A stretch of 64,000 nucleotides of DNA from an uncultured Phycisphaerae bacterium (GCA_963767465.1 CAVYDW010000001.1:1474931-1538930), one strand, 5' to 3'; shown: positions 22,669 through 32,815, numbered from the stretch's first letter. Notes: generated from the sequence alone by a model not told the origin. Program-made: numbers and translations.

Positions 22669-22776
22669 ACCGCACGACTCCCGTACCAGTGTCACGATTC
22701 CCGAAATCATGCTACCAGATCCGAAACCCAAAGGCAAGCAGGGCAGGGGGGCGGCGTCCTGGATCGGGTCCGTGAC

Positions 22777-24283
22777 AGTTTAGGCGGGAGTTTTTAGGTA
22801 TGATAGGGACTGTTCTGCCAAGGATGGCAGGTGTGGCGGTGAATCAAGGAGGAAAACGGTGATGCCAGCACGGACGACACGTCGGGAGGCTCGGGCTCGG
22901 ATTCTGGCGGCGTTTGAGCGCAGTTGGACCGGGTGATTCCGGAAGATGAGCAGATGCCGCTGAAGGGGGCGACGTTTAGCGACTTTGAGGATCAGATCGA
23001 AACCTTGGCCCGAGCGGCCTTGCCGGTGGCGTTGGAGGAGCGGGCGGCGTTGGAGCCGAACGCCCGGGTCGAACGGGCGGGGCGCTGCCCGCATTGCGGT
23101 TCGAACCGGGTGTACCTGGAAAAGGAGGTGACCCAGCCGGAGGTTCTTTCGGCCCATGGGGAGGTGGTGGTGTACAAGCAACACGCGCGATGCCGGTCCT
23201 GTGACGGGTCTTTTTCCCCCTCAGGTACGTGACTGGGCGTTGCCGGCGGAGGTGATGCTGACGCCACGGGCGGCGCGGCGTGTGGCGCGGGAGGGGGTGT
23301 TGCAGCCGTTTGATCAGGGGGCTCTGGCGCTGAACGAGGATTGGGGGACGCATTTGGACGGCAAGCAGGTTCAGCGTTGGGCCGAAGCGATGGGGCAGAG
23401 GCTGACGCAGGGCCGGGATGCGCAGGTCCGAGCGTACCAGCAGGGGATCCGGCCGGCGTCGGTGGCGAATCCGCCGGAATTGCTGGTGATCGGGATGGAC
23501 GGGGGACGGGTGCAAACTCGTCAGAAACAGGGAGGAACAGGGAGTCGCTGGCGCGAAGACAAGGTCTGTGCGATCACGTCGTACCTGCCGGGGGACGGGA
23601 TGCAGGAGCATCCCCCCAAGCCGCTGGTGACGACGTACGTGGCGACGATGGGGGATACGGAGGCCTTCGGCTCATTGGTTCGTCTGGAGGCGGAACGGCG
23701 TGGGCTACGCCAGGCGCAAACGGTGCTGGTGATGGGGGACGCGGGCAACTGGATCGATCCGCTGAACGAACGGGAACGGTTGGGCGATGAGCGGATTGTG
23801 GACTATTACCATGCCGACGAGCACCTGTATGAGGCCGGGCGGGCCGCGTGGGGCCGGGATACGCCCGAGGCGGAGCAGTTGATCGAGCAATTGGAGGAAC
23901 ATCTCTGGAACGGTCAGCGGGACGAGGTGATCGCGCTTTTGCAGGGCCATGCGGTTCGTCTGGGGCCACCGCAGGCATCGGACGGTCCGGATCATCCTCG
24001 TCGGGTACTGGCCCAGAATGTGGGCTACTTCCAGACCCACCGGCGCCATATGGACTACCCGAAGTACCGGGCCAAGGGGTGGCCGATCGGATCGGGGGTC
24101 ACAGAATCGGCGGTCAAACTGTTCAACAAGCGGGTCAAAGGCACCGAGCAGTTCTGGAACGTACCGCAAGTGGAGTCGATCCTATCGCTGCGGGCCTTGT
24201 GGCTTTCGCAAGATGACAGGTGGAGCCGGTACTGGAACAGCCGCCCGGCCTACAGCCGGGCCGCCTAACCTGTCACGGACCCT
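22777..24283 (+). mobile_element. Complete IS element (ISKra4-like family) with about 22-bp terminal inverted repeats and a 10-bp target-site duplication
   Basis: Left inverted repeat GGGTCCGTGACAGTTTAGGCGG (22777-22798), right inverted repeat CCGCCTAACCTGTCACGGACCC (24262-24283). Flanking direct repeat TCCTGGATCG(G) at 22767-22777 and 24283-24293. Confidence 0.65.
22864..24268 (+). CDS. IS transposase (ISKra4/ISAzo13-like); about 2 frameshifts in the N-terminal 350 nt
   Basis: N-terminal Zn-ribbon (CPHCGS...CRSCDG), then a 370-aa body ending YPKYRAKGWPIGSGVTESAVKLFNKRVKGTEQFWN. Confidence 0.6.
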
Positions 24284-24305
24284 CCTGGATCGGAGGCGTG
24301 AGCGA

Positions 24306-24400
24306 AACCACGGAGGCACGGAAGCACGGAGAACGGCAGAGAGGGGTGAAATCCACTCACCCTATCAAGTCTTTCTCCGTGTCTCCGTGCCTCCGTGGTT
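24306..24400. repeat. Family-A hairpin repeat (CACGGAG arms), copy 1
   Basis: Arms AACCACGGAGGCACGGAAGCACGGAGAAC and TTCTCCGTGTCTCCGTGCCTCCGTGGTT are near-perfect reverse complements around a 38-nt loop. Confidence 0.7.
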
Positions 24401-24439
24401 CAACAACATGCCTGCCTGAGGAAAGGGCCTCAGTACCGC

Positions 24440-25849
24440 TTACAGCTTCCGGAGAAACCCCGGCATCAGCCCCCCGTGCGCCGCGATCATCTCATCCACC
24501 AGCACGTCGATCTTCGGCAGGCTCAGACTCGCGGCCGTGTTCGGGTCCATGTACGCCGCGTGGTACACGTGCCGCCGGTCCTGCTCCAACACCGCCCGCA
24601 CCACCAGGTCCTGCACGCTGATATTGGAGTTCATCATCGCCGCGAGCTGCGCCGGCAGCTCGCCCATCGCCGTCGGAAACAGCCCCAACCCGTTGGCGAC
24701 CGTCGGCACCTCCACGCAGCTATCGCCCGCCAGGTTGCTGATCAGCGCCCCGCCCCGGTTGTGCGTGTTGCCGTTGAAGACGTACGGCTGATTCGTCTGG
24801 ATCGCGTTGATGATCCGGCTGGCGTACTCGATGCTGACCGGCTCGTCAGCCGCGATGAACGGCTCGCCCGCCTGCGCCTTCCGCCTGTACTCCTGGAAGG
24901 TCTTTTCCAGGTCGTCGCAGGTCAGCAGGTAGCAGTTGGGCCGCAGCCCCACCCGCCGCACCTCCTGCTCGTCCTTGAGGAACCACGGCAGGTACTCGCT
25001 GATGTGCCCGCACGTCTCGGTCATGAAGTAGCCGAACCGCATCATCAGGTCCAGCCGCACGTGCTCGATCCGCCGGATGCGCTCGTCCGCCCACGCCTGG
25101 CGCAGCAGCGGGTAGAGGTCCTTCCCGTCCTGCCGGAACACCAGGTATGCAGCCATGTGGTTGATCCCCGCGCACACCGCCTGCACCTGCTCGTCCAGGA
25201 CGCACTCGTGGAAGAAGTCGCTGAAGCGGTTCCGCGTCCCCTCGTGCGGGTCCCACGGCGCCAGGATCTTGCCCGCCGACTCCGGCCCCATCTCCGCGAG
25301 TCTGGCCAGCATGATCATCCGCCCCCGCGTGTAGCGGACCCCGTGGCACAGCCCCACATGCCGTACCCGGCTGGCCCGCTCGATCGCCAGGCAGTGCGTG
25401 GCCATCGGGTTGGTGTAGGTCAGCAGCAGGGCGTCGGGGCAGACCTGCTCGATGTCGCGGCACATCTCCAGCACCACCGGCAAACTCCGCAGCGACCGGA
25501 AGATCCCGCCGATGCCCAGCGTGTCGCCGATCGTCTGCCGGACCCCGTGCCGCTCCGGGATGAGAAGGTCCTTTCGCGTGGCCTCCAGCCCGCCCACCCC
25601 GATGGTGTTGACGACGTAGTCCGCCCCCTCCAACGCCCGCCGGCGGTCGCAGGTGATCTCGATGGTGGCGTTGGCCTTCCGGCTGGCATTGATCGAGCGG
25701 GCCATCTCCCGCGTCACCTGCAGCCGTTCCTGGTCCACGTCCATCAGCCGGAAGGTCGTATCCTTCAGGCTGTCAAACGCCAGAATGTCGGAGACAAGGT
25801 TCCGGCTGAACACCATCGAGCCGGCGCCGATAATCGCGATCGTAGGCAT
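24440..25849 (-). CDS. Glycoside hydrolase family 4 (NAD+/Mn2+-dependent alpha-glucosidase/galactosidase type)
   Basis: MPTIAIIGAGSMVFSRNL Rossmann N-terminus, with GH4 architecture throughout (...CHGV...). Confidence 0.7.
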   Translation of the reverse strand: MPTIAIIGAGSMVFSRNLVSDILAFDSLKDTTFRLMDVDQERLQVTREMARSINASRKANATIEITCDRRRALEGADYVVNTIGVGGLEATRKDLLIPERHGVRQTIGDTLGIGGIFRSLRSLPVVLEMCRDIEQVCPDALLLTYTNPMATHCLAIERASRVRHVGLCHGVRYTRGRMIMLARLAEMGPESAGKILAPWDPHEGTRNRFSDFFHECVLDEQVQAVCAGINHMAAYLVFRQDGKDLYPLLRQAWADERIRRIEHVRLDLMMRFGYFMTETCGHISEYLPWFLKDEQEVRRVGLRPNCYLLTCDDLEKTFQEYRRKAQAGEPFIAADEPVSIEYASRIINAIQTNQPYVFNGNTHNRGGALISNLAGDSCVEVPTVANGLGLFPTAMGELPAQLAAMMNSNISVQDLVVRAVLEQDRRHVYHAAYMDPNTAASLSLPKIDVLVDEMIAAHGGLMPGFLRKL

Positions 25850-25918
25850 AGCCAAGGCCTCCAAGTCCGGATACGTTATCAAACCCCCCGCCGGCCCGCC
25901 AGATGGGGCCTGTGGAGG

Positions 25919-26088
25919 AACCACGGAGACACGCCAGGCACGGAGAACGACCTGTCAGGATGAATAAGACAGAGAGGATGGGGAAGGGCATATATCCGGG
26001 TCCTGCACCTCTTTGCCGTCCATCCTGTCCATCCCTGTGAAATCCGGCTGTTTTCTCCGTGTCTCCGTGCCTCCGCGCCTTCGTGGTT
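25919..26088. repeat. Family-A hairpin repeat, copy 2 (longer loop)
   Basis: Arms AACCACGGAGACACGCCAGGCACGGAGAAC and TTCTCCGTGTCTCCGTGCCTCCGCGCCTTCGTGGTT. The loop shares CAGAGAGG and GTGAAATCC with copy 1. Confidence 0.65.
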
Positions 26089-26170
26089 ATTTCCAGGCTC
26101 TGTGACCCGGGAATGCGCCCGCTGGCGGTCCTTCTAATCCCTCCGCGCCTGCCCTATAATCGCCCCGTTC

Positions 26171-27022
26171 ATGGACAACCGTACCGGCACAAAGCGGGTG
26201 ATCGTCAACGCCGACGACTTCGGGTTTTCTCCCGGCGTCACCGAGGGCATCGTCCGAGCGCACCGCGAAGGCATCGTTACGTCCACGACCATCATGGCCA
26301 ATATGCCCGCCGCCGAAGACGCCGCCCGCCTGGCCCGCGACGTGCCCTCCCTCGGCGTCGGCGTCCATCTGAACATCTGCCAGGGTCGGCCGCTCTCGAG
26401 CCTGGCCCTGTCCCTGGCCGACGAGGATGGCGTGATGCGCCTCTCCGCCAACCGGGTCCTGTGGCTCTGCGCTACCCGCCCCCGCCTCCTGCGGGCCGTC
26501 GAAGCCGAGTTCGACGCCCAGGTCCGCTGGGTCCTCGACCACGGTATCCAGCCCACCCACCTGGACAGCCACCGTCACACCCACGGCTACCCCCCGATCT
26601 TCCTGCGAGCGGCCCGGCTCGCCCGGCGGTACAATATCCGCTTCCTGCGGCGGCACCGGGAAGTGCTTCCCGGCCGTGATTGGCCGGCTGGCGATCCCAA
26701 GCGGCGGCGGATCCGCCGGATGCTGAACGTCCTGGGATGGGTCAATGCCCGTCTCGCGCCGCGGCTGCTGGCCACCACCGGCACCTGGGGCATGGCCCAG
26801 ACCGGCGTGATCGATGCCGCCTGGCTGATCCGCGTGGCCGCTGCGGCCCCAGCCGGCGTGACAGAGATCATGACCCACCCCGGCCTGGCGGTGGGGTTGG
26901 ATGAGGAGGCATCGCGCCTGCGGGAATCCCGCGAGCGGGAATTGGCAGCCGTGTGCGACCCCGCGGTGCGAGAGGCCTTCCGCCGGCACGGAGTTGAATT
27001 GGTGCACTATGGACAGCTATAG
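26171..27022 (+). CDS. ChbG/YdjC-family carbohydrate deacetylase (HpnK-like)
   Basis: N-terminal VIVNADDFGFSPGVTEGI and HLDSHRHTH motifs. Confidence 0.7.
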   Translation: MDNRTGTKRVIVNADDFGFSPGVTEGIVRAHREGIVTSTTIMANMPAAEDAARLARDVPSLGVGVHLNICQGRPLSSLALSLADEDGVMRLSANRVLWLCATRPRLLRAVEAEFDAQVRWVLDHGIQPTHLDSHRHTHGYPPIFLRAARLARRYNIRFLRRHREVLPGRDWPAGDPKRRRIRRMLNVLGWVNARLAPRLLATTGTWGMAQTGVIDAAWLIRVAAAAPAGVTEIMTHPGLAVGLDEEASRLRESRERELAAVCDPAVREAFRRHGVELVHYGQL

Positions 27023-28024
27023 CACGATGGAAGAGGGCGAGCCCCGGCTCAAGTACAGCATCGTCGTCCCGTTCTACAACGAGGAGATGATCGTCCAGCG
27101 CCTCTACGAGCGGATCGTCCGCGTCATGCGCCACGTCGGCCAGCCCTACGAGATGATCTTCGTCAACGACGGCAGCCGCGACGGCACGCCCAAGGTCCTC
27201 GAACGCATCGCCCTGGCCGACGAACGCGTCGTCTTCGTCGACCTCCGCCGCAACTTCGGCCAGACCACCGCCCTCCAGGCCGGCTTCGACCAGTCCCGCG
27301 GCGAGGTCATCATCGCCATGGACGGCGACCTCCAGCACGATCCCTACGAGATCCCCCTGTTCATCAAAAAGATCGACGAAGGCTACGACATCGCCAGCGG
27401 CTGGCGCGTCCGCCGCGGCGACAACTTCATGATGCGCCGCTTCCCGTCGATGGTCGCCAACTGGCTGCTGGCCAAGGTCAGCGGCGTTCGACCTGCACGA
27501 CTTCGGCACCACCTACAAGGCCTACCGCCGCGAGGTGCTCGAGGGCGTCCGCCTCTACGGCGACATGCACCGCTTCGTGCCGGCCGTCTGCGCCCGCCTG
27601 GGCGCGAAGATCATCGAGGTGCCCATCAAGAACGTCCGCCGCAAGGCCGGCAAGAGCAACTACGGCATCGGCCGGACGTTCCGCGTGGCGCATGGACCTC
27701 CTCACCCTGCGGTTCATCAGCAAGTACATGACCCGCCCGCTGCACTTCTTCGGCAAATGGGGCCTCGCCTGCGGCACGGTCGGCTCGGCCATCCTGGGCT
27801 ATGGCCTGGTCCGTAAGATCGTGCAGTGGGACAGTTTCCACGTCTTCCAGCAGCACGGGCCGCTGATGGCCATGGGCTTCATGCTGGTGATCGGCGGGAT
27901 GCTGCTGCTGGCCACCGGCCTGATCGGCGAGATGCTGATGCGGATCTACTTCGAGGCTTCCAATGCCCGAACGTACGCCGTCCGCCGCGTCGTCCGCCGC
28001 GAGGCCGCCAAGATGCGGGTCTGA
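27010..28024 (+). CDS. Family-2 glycosyltransferase (polyprenol-phosphate sugar transferase, DPM1/ArnC-like); about 2 frameshifts
   Basis: YSIVVPFYNEE...FVNDGSRDGT...AMDGDLQHDP (DxD region), with a C-terminal two-TM tail in a third frame. Confidence 0.65.
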
Positions 28025-28088
28025 GGACGGTCTGGCGGCTGCCCCACGTAGGGTGGGCACCGCCCACCAATCCTCTTCCGGCGCATTC

Positions 28089-28907
28089 TTACCCGCCCGT
28101 GCCCTGGATCTCCCTGCACCGCGCGACGAACCCCGGCAGGTCCAGCTCGCTGCGGATCCCCAGCCGCGTCAGCGCGAAATCATACCGTACCGGGTCGCTT
28201 GGCTGGATGACCCGGAACGCCTCGGTCATCGCCGACGCCGCCCGGCCGCCCACTTGCTTCGGCCCGCACAACCCCAGCGCCGTGCCGATCCGGTGCATAT
28301 GCGTGTCCAGCGGCACAATCAGCAATCGCGGCGAGACCTCCCGCCATCCCCCCGGATCGACTGCGTCCTGGCGGACCAGCCACCGCAGCATCAGGTGCAG
28401 CCGCTTGCACGCCCCGCCGGCAGGAACGTCCGGCAACAGGCTGTTGCGGCCGCCCCCCGCCGCCCGCAGCTGTTCCACGAACCGCCCCAGCGCGGGCACC
28501 ACGCTGTCGTGATCGCCCCCCAGCCCCGCCGCAAAGCACTTGCCCAGCGACCCGTGCCGCTCGATCGCCCGGCGAGCGCCAGCTAGCAGTTGAGCCACCT
28601 CCCACCCCGTCGTCCACCGATGCTTGAAGCCGGCGAGCACCTCCGGCAGGTCCCGCGGCTGGGTCCGTTCCAGAAACGCCGATGGCGACGGCCCCATCCG
28701 GTCGAGCACGTTTCGGACGCTCCGCAGCACCTGCGCCACCCGCCCATACGCCAGCCCCGCCGCCAGCAGCGCCACGATCTCCCGATCCCGGGCGTCTTCG
28801 TACTCGTACAGGAACTCCAGCGGGTCGGGATGGACGAACTGCCGCCGGTTGTACTCCTCGTACAACTCGTCCAAGGCTGACTGAAGACATCGGACCGAAC
28901 GCGTCAC
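28089..28907 (-). CDS. Conserved hypothetical protein (TIGR02757/DUF2400-like)
   Basis: 272 aa intact ORF; family assigned from recall of the N-terminal LYEEYNRRQFVHPDPLEFLY region. Confidence 0.45.
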   Translation of the reverse strand: MTRSVRCLQSALDELYEEYNRRQFVHPDPLEFLYEYEDARDREIVALLAAGLAYGRVAQVLRSVRNVLDRMGPSPSAFLERTQPRDLPEVLAGFKHRWTTGWEVAQLLAGARRAIERHGSLGKCFAAGLGGDHDSVVPALGRFVEQLRAAGGGRNSLLPDVPAGGACKRLHLMLRWLVRQDAVDPGGWREVSPRLLIVPLDTHMHRIGTALGLCGPKQVGGRAASAMTEAFRVIQPSDPVRYDFALTRLGIRSELDLPGFVARCREIQGTGG

Positions 28908-29122
28908 GTTTCACCTTCGCCAATTGCAGGGGTCATGCTCCTGCCAGTGCGACCGACGCTCTCCTCACCGGGGGCAAGGCGTCGCTGTTCTCTCCTGCTC
29001 AACTCTCTACTGTTCTACTCTCTCGCCGCGCAGCGGCGCCGGGCCCGCCCAGCCAATCGTCCGCCAGCCGGGCCTGACCGTCAACCGGAGGCGATCGAAA
29101 CGCATCCGTCGTTCCCGCCCTT

Positions 29123-29157
29123 TTCTGTTCTCCGTGCCTCCGTGCCTGCTCCGTGGT
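29123..29157. repeat. Family-A repeat, half-copy (right arm only)
   Basis: TTCTGTTCTCCGTGCCTCCGTGCCTGCTCCGTGGTT. Confidence 0.5.
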
Positions 29158-29328
29158 TCCCGTACGGCTCCGGATCCCCAGAAACCCCCGGAATCGCCCG
29201 TCCCAGCGCTTGTCGCCTCCCGCCGTTTCTGCTAGGCTAACAGGGACTTCAGACCGAATCCCGTCCTGGCAGGACCTAAGTCGGATGCTGGCTGCCAGGG
29301 GAGCCTGCGTCGCACGAGGATCCACGAA

Positions 29329-29490
29329 ATGCAGAAATACGTATGCATCGTTTGCGGGTACGTCTATGACCCGGAGGCGGGTGATCCGGACCATGACATC
29401 GCCCCGGGCACGGCGTTCGAGGACATTCCCGACGGCTGGGTCTGCCCGCTCTGCGGCGTCGGCAAGGACGAGTTCGAACCGATCGAATAA
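29329..29490 (+). CDS. Rubredoxin
   Basis: 53 aa: [16 protein letters not shown]...[18 protein letters not shown], with two CxxCG motifs. Too short to appear in the supplied ORF track. Confidence 0.85.
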   Translation: MQKYVCIVCGYVYDPEAGDPDHDIAPGTAFEDIPDGWVCPLCGVGKDEFEPIE

Positions 29491-29526
29491 TCACCGTTGC
29501 CGGTGGACTCGAGAACCCTCTCTTTC

Positions 29527-29556
29527 GGGTGCCACTGGCAGCTCGCCTGCCAGTGC
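29527..29556 (+). repeat. Family-B palindromic element, copy 1
   Basis: GGGTGCCACTGGCAGCTCGCCTGCCAGTGC: a 9-bp stem CACTGGCAG/CTGCCAGTG, 36 bp downstream of rubredoxin. Confidence 0.7.
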
Positions 29557-29577
29557 CTCAGCTCTCGTAAGGCCGCC

Positions 29578-30300
29578 TCAGAACCGGTTCCGAACCTGCA
29601 CCCGGCTTCGAGTCCCCCCGCCCGAGATCTCCTTGACCGCAAGGGCCACGCGGTTGCCCGCATCCAGGGCGTTCCAGTACGTCTCCAGTGTCTGCTCCGC
29701 CGAAGCAGGGCAGGGCAGCAGTAGCGGCTCCCCGGCAAACGAGGGCAGGGGGGCGCCGTCTCCGCTGTAGGTCGTCAACCCCACCCCCACGCCGATCTTC
29801 GGCATGGCCGGCCGGTAGAAGTACCGGTCCGAGTACTGCGGGTCCAGCGGACTCGCTTTCAGGATGCTCAGCGTCAGGGCCGGCGCTGCCCCGCGGAAAC
29901 TAAGCATCCCGCTGATTCGCGGTGTGTAGTTGGGGGCATCCGGCTCACATTCCCGCGTGGCCAGGGCATCCTCCATGCCCCCCCCCGCCTGTAGCGCCTC
30001 GTACATCGTCCGGGTCTGGTCGCCGTTGCTGACCAGGTAGATCCCCGGCAGTTCGAGCATCGCCTCGTAGATGATCAAACTCGCGTCGGCCACTTGGCTG
30101 ACGTCCACCGGCTCGGTTCGCAGCACGCCGCCATCCGCGACAAACCGCCGGTTCCGGCTGTTCGCGCTGCGCCCCATGATCCAGTAGACGATCACCCACC
30201 TGTCTTCCGCCGACCGCCCGACCACCAGCCCGCGCCCCGGGTACGGATTCCCGCGCAGATGCCGCTCCAGGTTCGACTCCGTCGTGTCCTCAGCTTTCAT
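29578..30300 (-). CDS. purO: Archaeal-type IMP cyclohydrolase-like protein (PurO family)
   Basis: N-terminus ...GNPYPGRGLVVGRSAEDRWVIVYWIMGRSANSRNRRF matches the PurO fold signature, with PurO-like layout throughout. Confidence 0.5.
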   Translation of the reverse strand: MKAEDTTESNLERHLRGNPYPGRGLVVGRSAEDRWVIVYWIMGRSANSRNRRFVADGGVLRTEPVDVSQVADASLIIYEAMLELPGIYLVSNGDQTRTMYEALQAGGGMEDALATRECEPDAPNYTPRISGMLSFRGAAPALTLSILKASPLDPQYSDRYFYRPAMPKIGVGVGLTTYSGDGAPLPSFAGEPLLLPCPASAEQTLETYWNALDAGNRVALAVKEISGGGTRSRVQVRNRF

Positions 30301-30406
30301 GTCTCACTCTCTTGGGGTCCATGCCCTTGGCAAGCACAAGAGGCTAACAGCGCACCCCCAAGCGCACGATGCTTAGGCGTGGCACCTGGCGCGAGTCAAG
30401 CCAGAT

Positions 30407-31003
30407 TCAGGCGAAAGGAATCTGCGGGGCCACCGTAAGGACGAAGACACTCACCCAAAGGCAAGTGATCGCGTTATGAAGTCGCATAAGCCACTCAAGG
30501 TGCCGCATCGACCGCTGGGGTTCGGTGTCGAGCAACAGTGGGTCCAATGCATACTTGTCCATGTCTTCCATCTCTTGGATTGACTCCTGCCACTTCGGGA
30601 GAATCTCAGTCCGGCGTCTAAAGGAGTTGTGCTCCCTGGTAAACGTTGTGACAATCCCAGAAGAAGTTCTCCACGGGGTCCTATCGTCTGGTGCCAAGAG
30701 TTCCTTTATCTGGCCTTCGATAAGCATTGCATGGTTCTTGCGCAGCAGGATGAACCAATGTGCCCTCGTACTCATCAGTTTCGTTATGTAAGTGAAGTAG
30801 AGCCCCATGATGGCGAGGGCTGCCCCGGCGCATGTAGACCACAGGTCATAGGGGGGCTTCCAGACGACGCCCCAAGCAACAAGCAGGCCTCCATTGACCG
30901 TAAGGAACATCTTGATGCGCTCCAGGCCCCTCTTGTCCTGATCGATGTAGAGGGCGACGTTCTGTTTCCATTCCTCGAGTAGGACTTGAAGTTTGTCTGT
31001 CAC
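30407..31003 (-). CDS. Orphan hypothetical membrane protein in a low-GC island
   Basis: 198 aa with predicted TM helices (LTVNGGLLVAWGVVW; AGAALAIMGLYFTYI; ITCLWVSVFVLTV). Local GC is visibly ~15 points below flanks; I found no family motif. Confidence 0.5.
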   Translation of the reverse strand: MTDKLQVLLEEWKQNVALYIDQDKRGLERIKMFLTVNGGLLVAWGVVWKPPYDLWSTCAGAALAIMGLYFTYITKLMSTRAHWFILLRKNHAMLIEGQIKELLAPDDRTPWRTSSGIVTTFTREHNSFRRRTEILPKWQESIQEMEDMDKYALDPLLLDTEPQRSMRHLEWLMRLHNAITCLWVSVFVLTVAPQIPFA

Positions 31004-31192
31004 GTTTTCTCCTTCCTCTTGGCTAGCAATCGGGGCAGCAGGAGAGCACTCCGAAACCTCCGTCGAACGCCTAGTGGGTGCTGTTCGCGCTAGGCGCCCT
31101 TGGTCTATGTGATGTTCTACGCCTTCCGATCCGTCTTCGGTTCAGACCCCGTCGGTCCATCCGTCGCCGCCGTCGGCCGGCGAACCACTGCC

Positions 31193-32815
31193 TCAGCTGG
31201 CTTCGACCCAGCCGTCGATGTCGTCGGCTGCTCGTGCTGGTTTGTCCCTACGTCCGTGACCTTGCCCAGGAACTCCGGCAGGTCCAGCCCCACCTGCCGC
31301 GCTCAGCTCGTGCATCGGCGGCAGGGCTCCCATCAGCCGCTTGCCCAGGTTCTCCATCCCGCCGCCGGCCCCGCCGCCGTCCCAGACGATGATCTTCTCC
31401 AGCGGCAGGTTCTTGATCGCCTCGGCCTGCACTCGGCTGACCTCCAGCAGCTTCTCGATCAGCAGCAGCGCCGCCGCGCCCTTGTCCCCGCCGCACGCCT
31501 GCACCAGTTGGCTGTACCCTTCCGCCTTGCCCGCCAGGATCGACTGCAACCCCTTGGCCTCGGCCGTCATCTTCGCCAGTGTCGCCTGCGCCTGGCCCTC
31601 GGCGATCTTGATCGCCTGCTGCTTCTCCGCGTCGGCCTCGATGACCACCTTCTGCCGCATCGCGTCAGCCGGCACCACCACCTCGGCATTGAGCCTCGCC
31701 GCCTCCCGCAGCGCCTTAGCCTCTTCCGCCTTCTTGGCCGCCAGCTCCTGCGCCGCCCGGATCTCCCCGTCAGCCAGCTTCGCCGCCGATTCGCCCCGCT
31801 TGCGGGCCTCTTCCTCCGCCACCCGCTGGTTGGCCTTGAACGCCGCCTTGGACGCGTTGGCCTCCGTCTCCTTGTTGACCGCCTCGGCGTCCAGGGCCGC
31901 CGTCTGCTGCCGCTTCGTCCTGGCCGCGTCCGCCTCGCCGATCTCCGCCTGGGCATTGGCCGCGGCGATCTGCTGGCGCTTGGTCTTGGCCGCCTCCGCC
32001 TCGCCGATTTCGGCCTGCGCATTGACCGCCGCCACCTGTTGACGCTTCGTCTTCTCGGCGTCCGCCTCGCCGATTTCCGCCTGCGCGTTGGCCGCGGCCA
32101 CCGCAATGCGCGTGTCGCGCTGCCGCTCGGCCACGCCGATCCGCCCGCGACGCTCCTGCTCCGCCACGTCCACGTTCGCCTGGTTGATCGCCTCCGCCGC
32201 CGCCTTGCGGCCCAGGGCCAGGATATATCCGCTCTCGTCCTGGATGTCGCGGATGTTGACGTTGATCACCGTCACGCCGATCTTCTCCAACTCGACGCTG
32301 ACCGCCTCGTTCACCTTGGCCATGAACCCCTGCCGGTCCCGGTTGATCTCCTCGATCTTCATCGTCGCGATCACCGCCCGCATCTGGCCGACGATGATGT
32401 CCGTCGCCTGTTCCTGGATCTGCTTCTGCGACAGGCCCAGCAGGCGCACCGCCGCGTTCTGCATCACCCCCGGCTGGTTCGAGATCGCCGCCGTCACCGT
32501 CGTCGGCACCGCCACGCGGATGTTCTCCTGCGACAGCGCGTTGGCCAGGTCGATCGGCACCACGAACGGCTCGAGGTCCAGGTACGCGTAATCCTGCACC
32601 AGCGGCCAGATGTACGCCGCCCCGCCGTGGATGCACTTGGATGCGCCGCTGCCCGTCCAGCCGTAGATCACCAGGATCTTGTTCGACGGGCACCGCTTGT
32701 ACCGCCCGATCGTCGCCATGAACGCGGCGACGATGGCTACCGCCAGCCCCAGTAGCAGGACCAGGAAGGTCGTCGTCGCGTCAGCCATCATTCCGGTGGA
32801 AGCAAGCATGTCCAT
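31193..32815 (-). CDS. Flotillin/SPFH-domain protein (YqiK/FloA-like) with a long Ala/Glu-rich coiled coil; C-terminus may continue in another frame to about 31127
   Basis: N-terminal TM, then an SPFH domain (ILVIYGWTGSGASKCIHGGAAYIWPL...) and AQAEIGEA(D/E)A...KTKRQQ heptad repeats. Confidence 0.8.
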   Translation of the reverse strand: MDMLASTGMMADATTTFLVLLLGLAVAIVAAFMATIGRYKRCPSNKILVIYGWTGSGASKCIHGGAAYIWPLVQDYAYLDLEPFVVPIDLANALSQENIRVAVPTTVTAAISNQPGVMQNAAVRLLGLSQKQIQEQATDIIVGQMRAVIATMKIEEINRDRQGFMAKVNEAVSVELEKIGVTVINVNIRDIQDESGYILALGRKAAAEAINQANVDVAEQERRGRIGVAERQRDTRIAVAAANAQAEIGEADAEKTKRQQVAAVNAQAEIGEAEAAKTKRQQIAAANAQAEIGEADAARTKRQQTAALDAEAVNKETEANASKAAFKANQRVAEEEARKRGESAAKLADGEIRAAQELAAKKAEEAKALREAARLNAEVVVPADAMRQKVVIEADAEKQQAIKIAEGQAQATLAKMTAEAKGLQSILAGKAEGYSQLVQACGGDKGAAALLLIEKLLEVSRVQAEAIKNLPLEKIIVWDGGGAGGGMENLGKRLMGALPPMHELSAAGGAGPAGVPGQGHGRRDKPARAADDIDGWVEAS

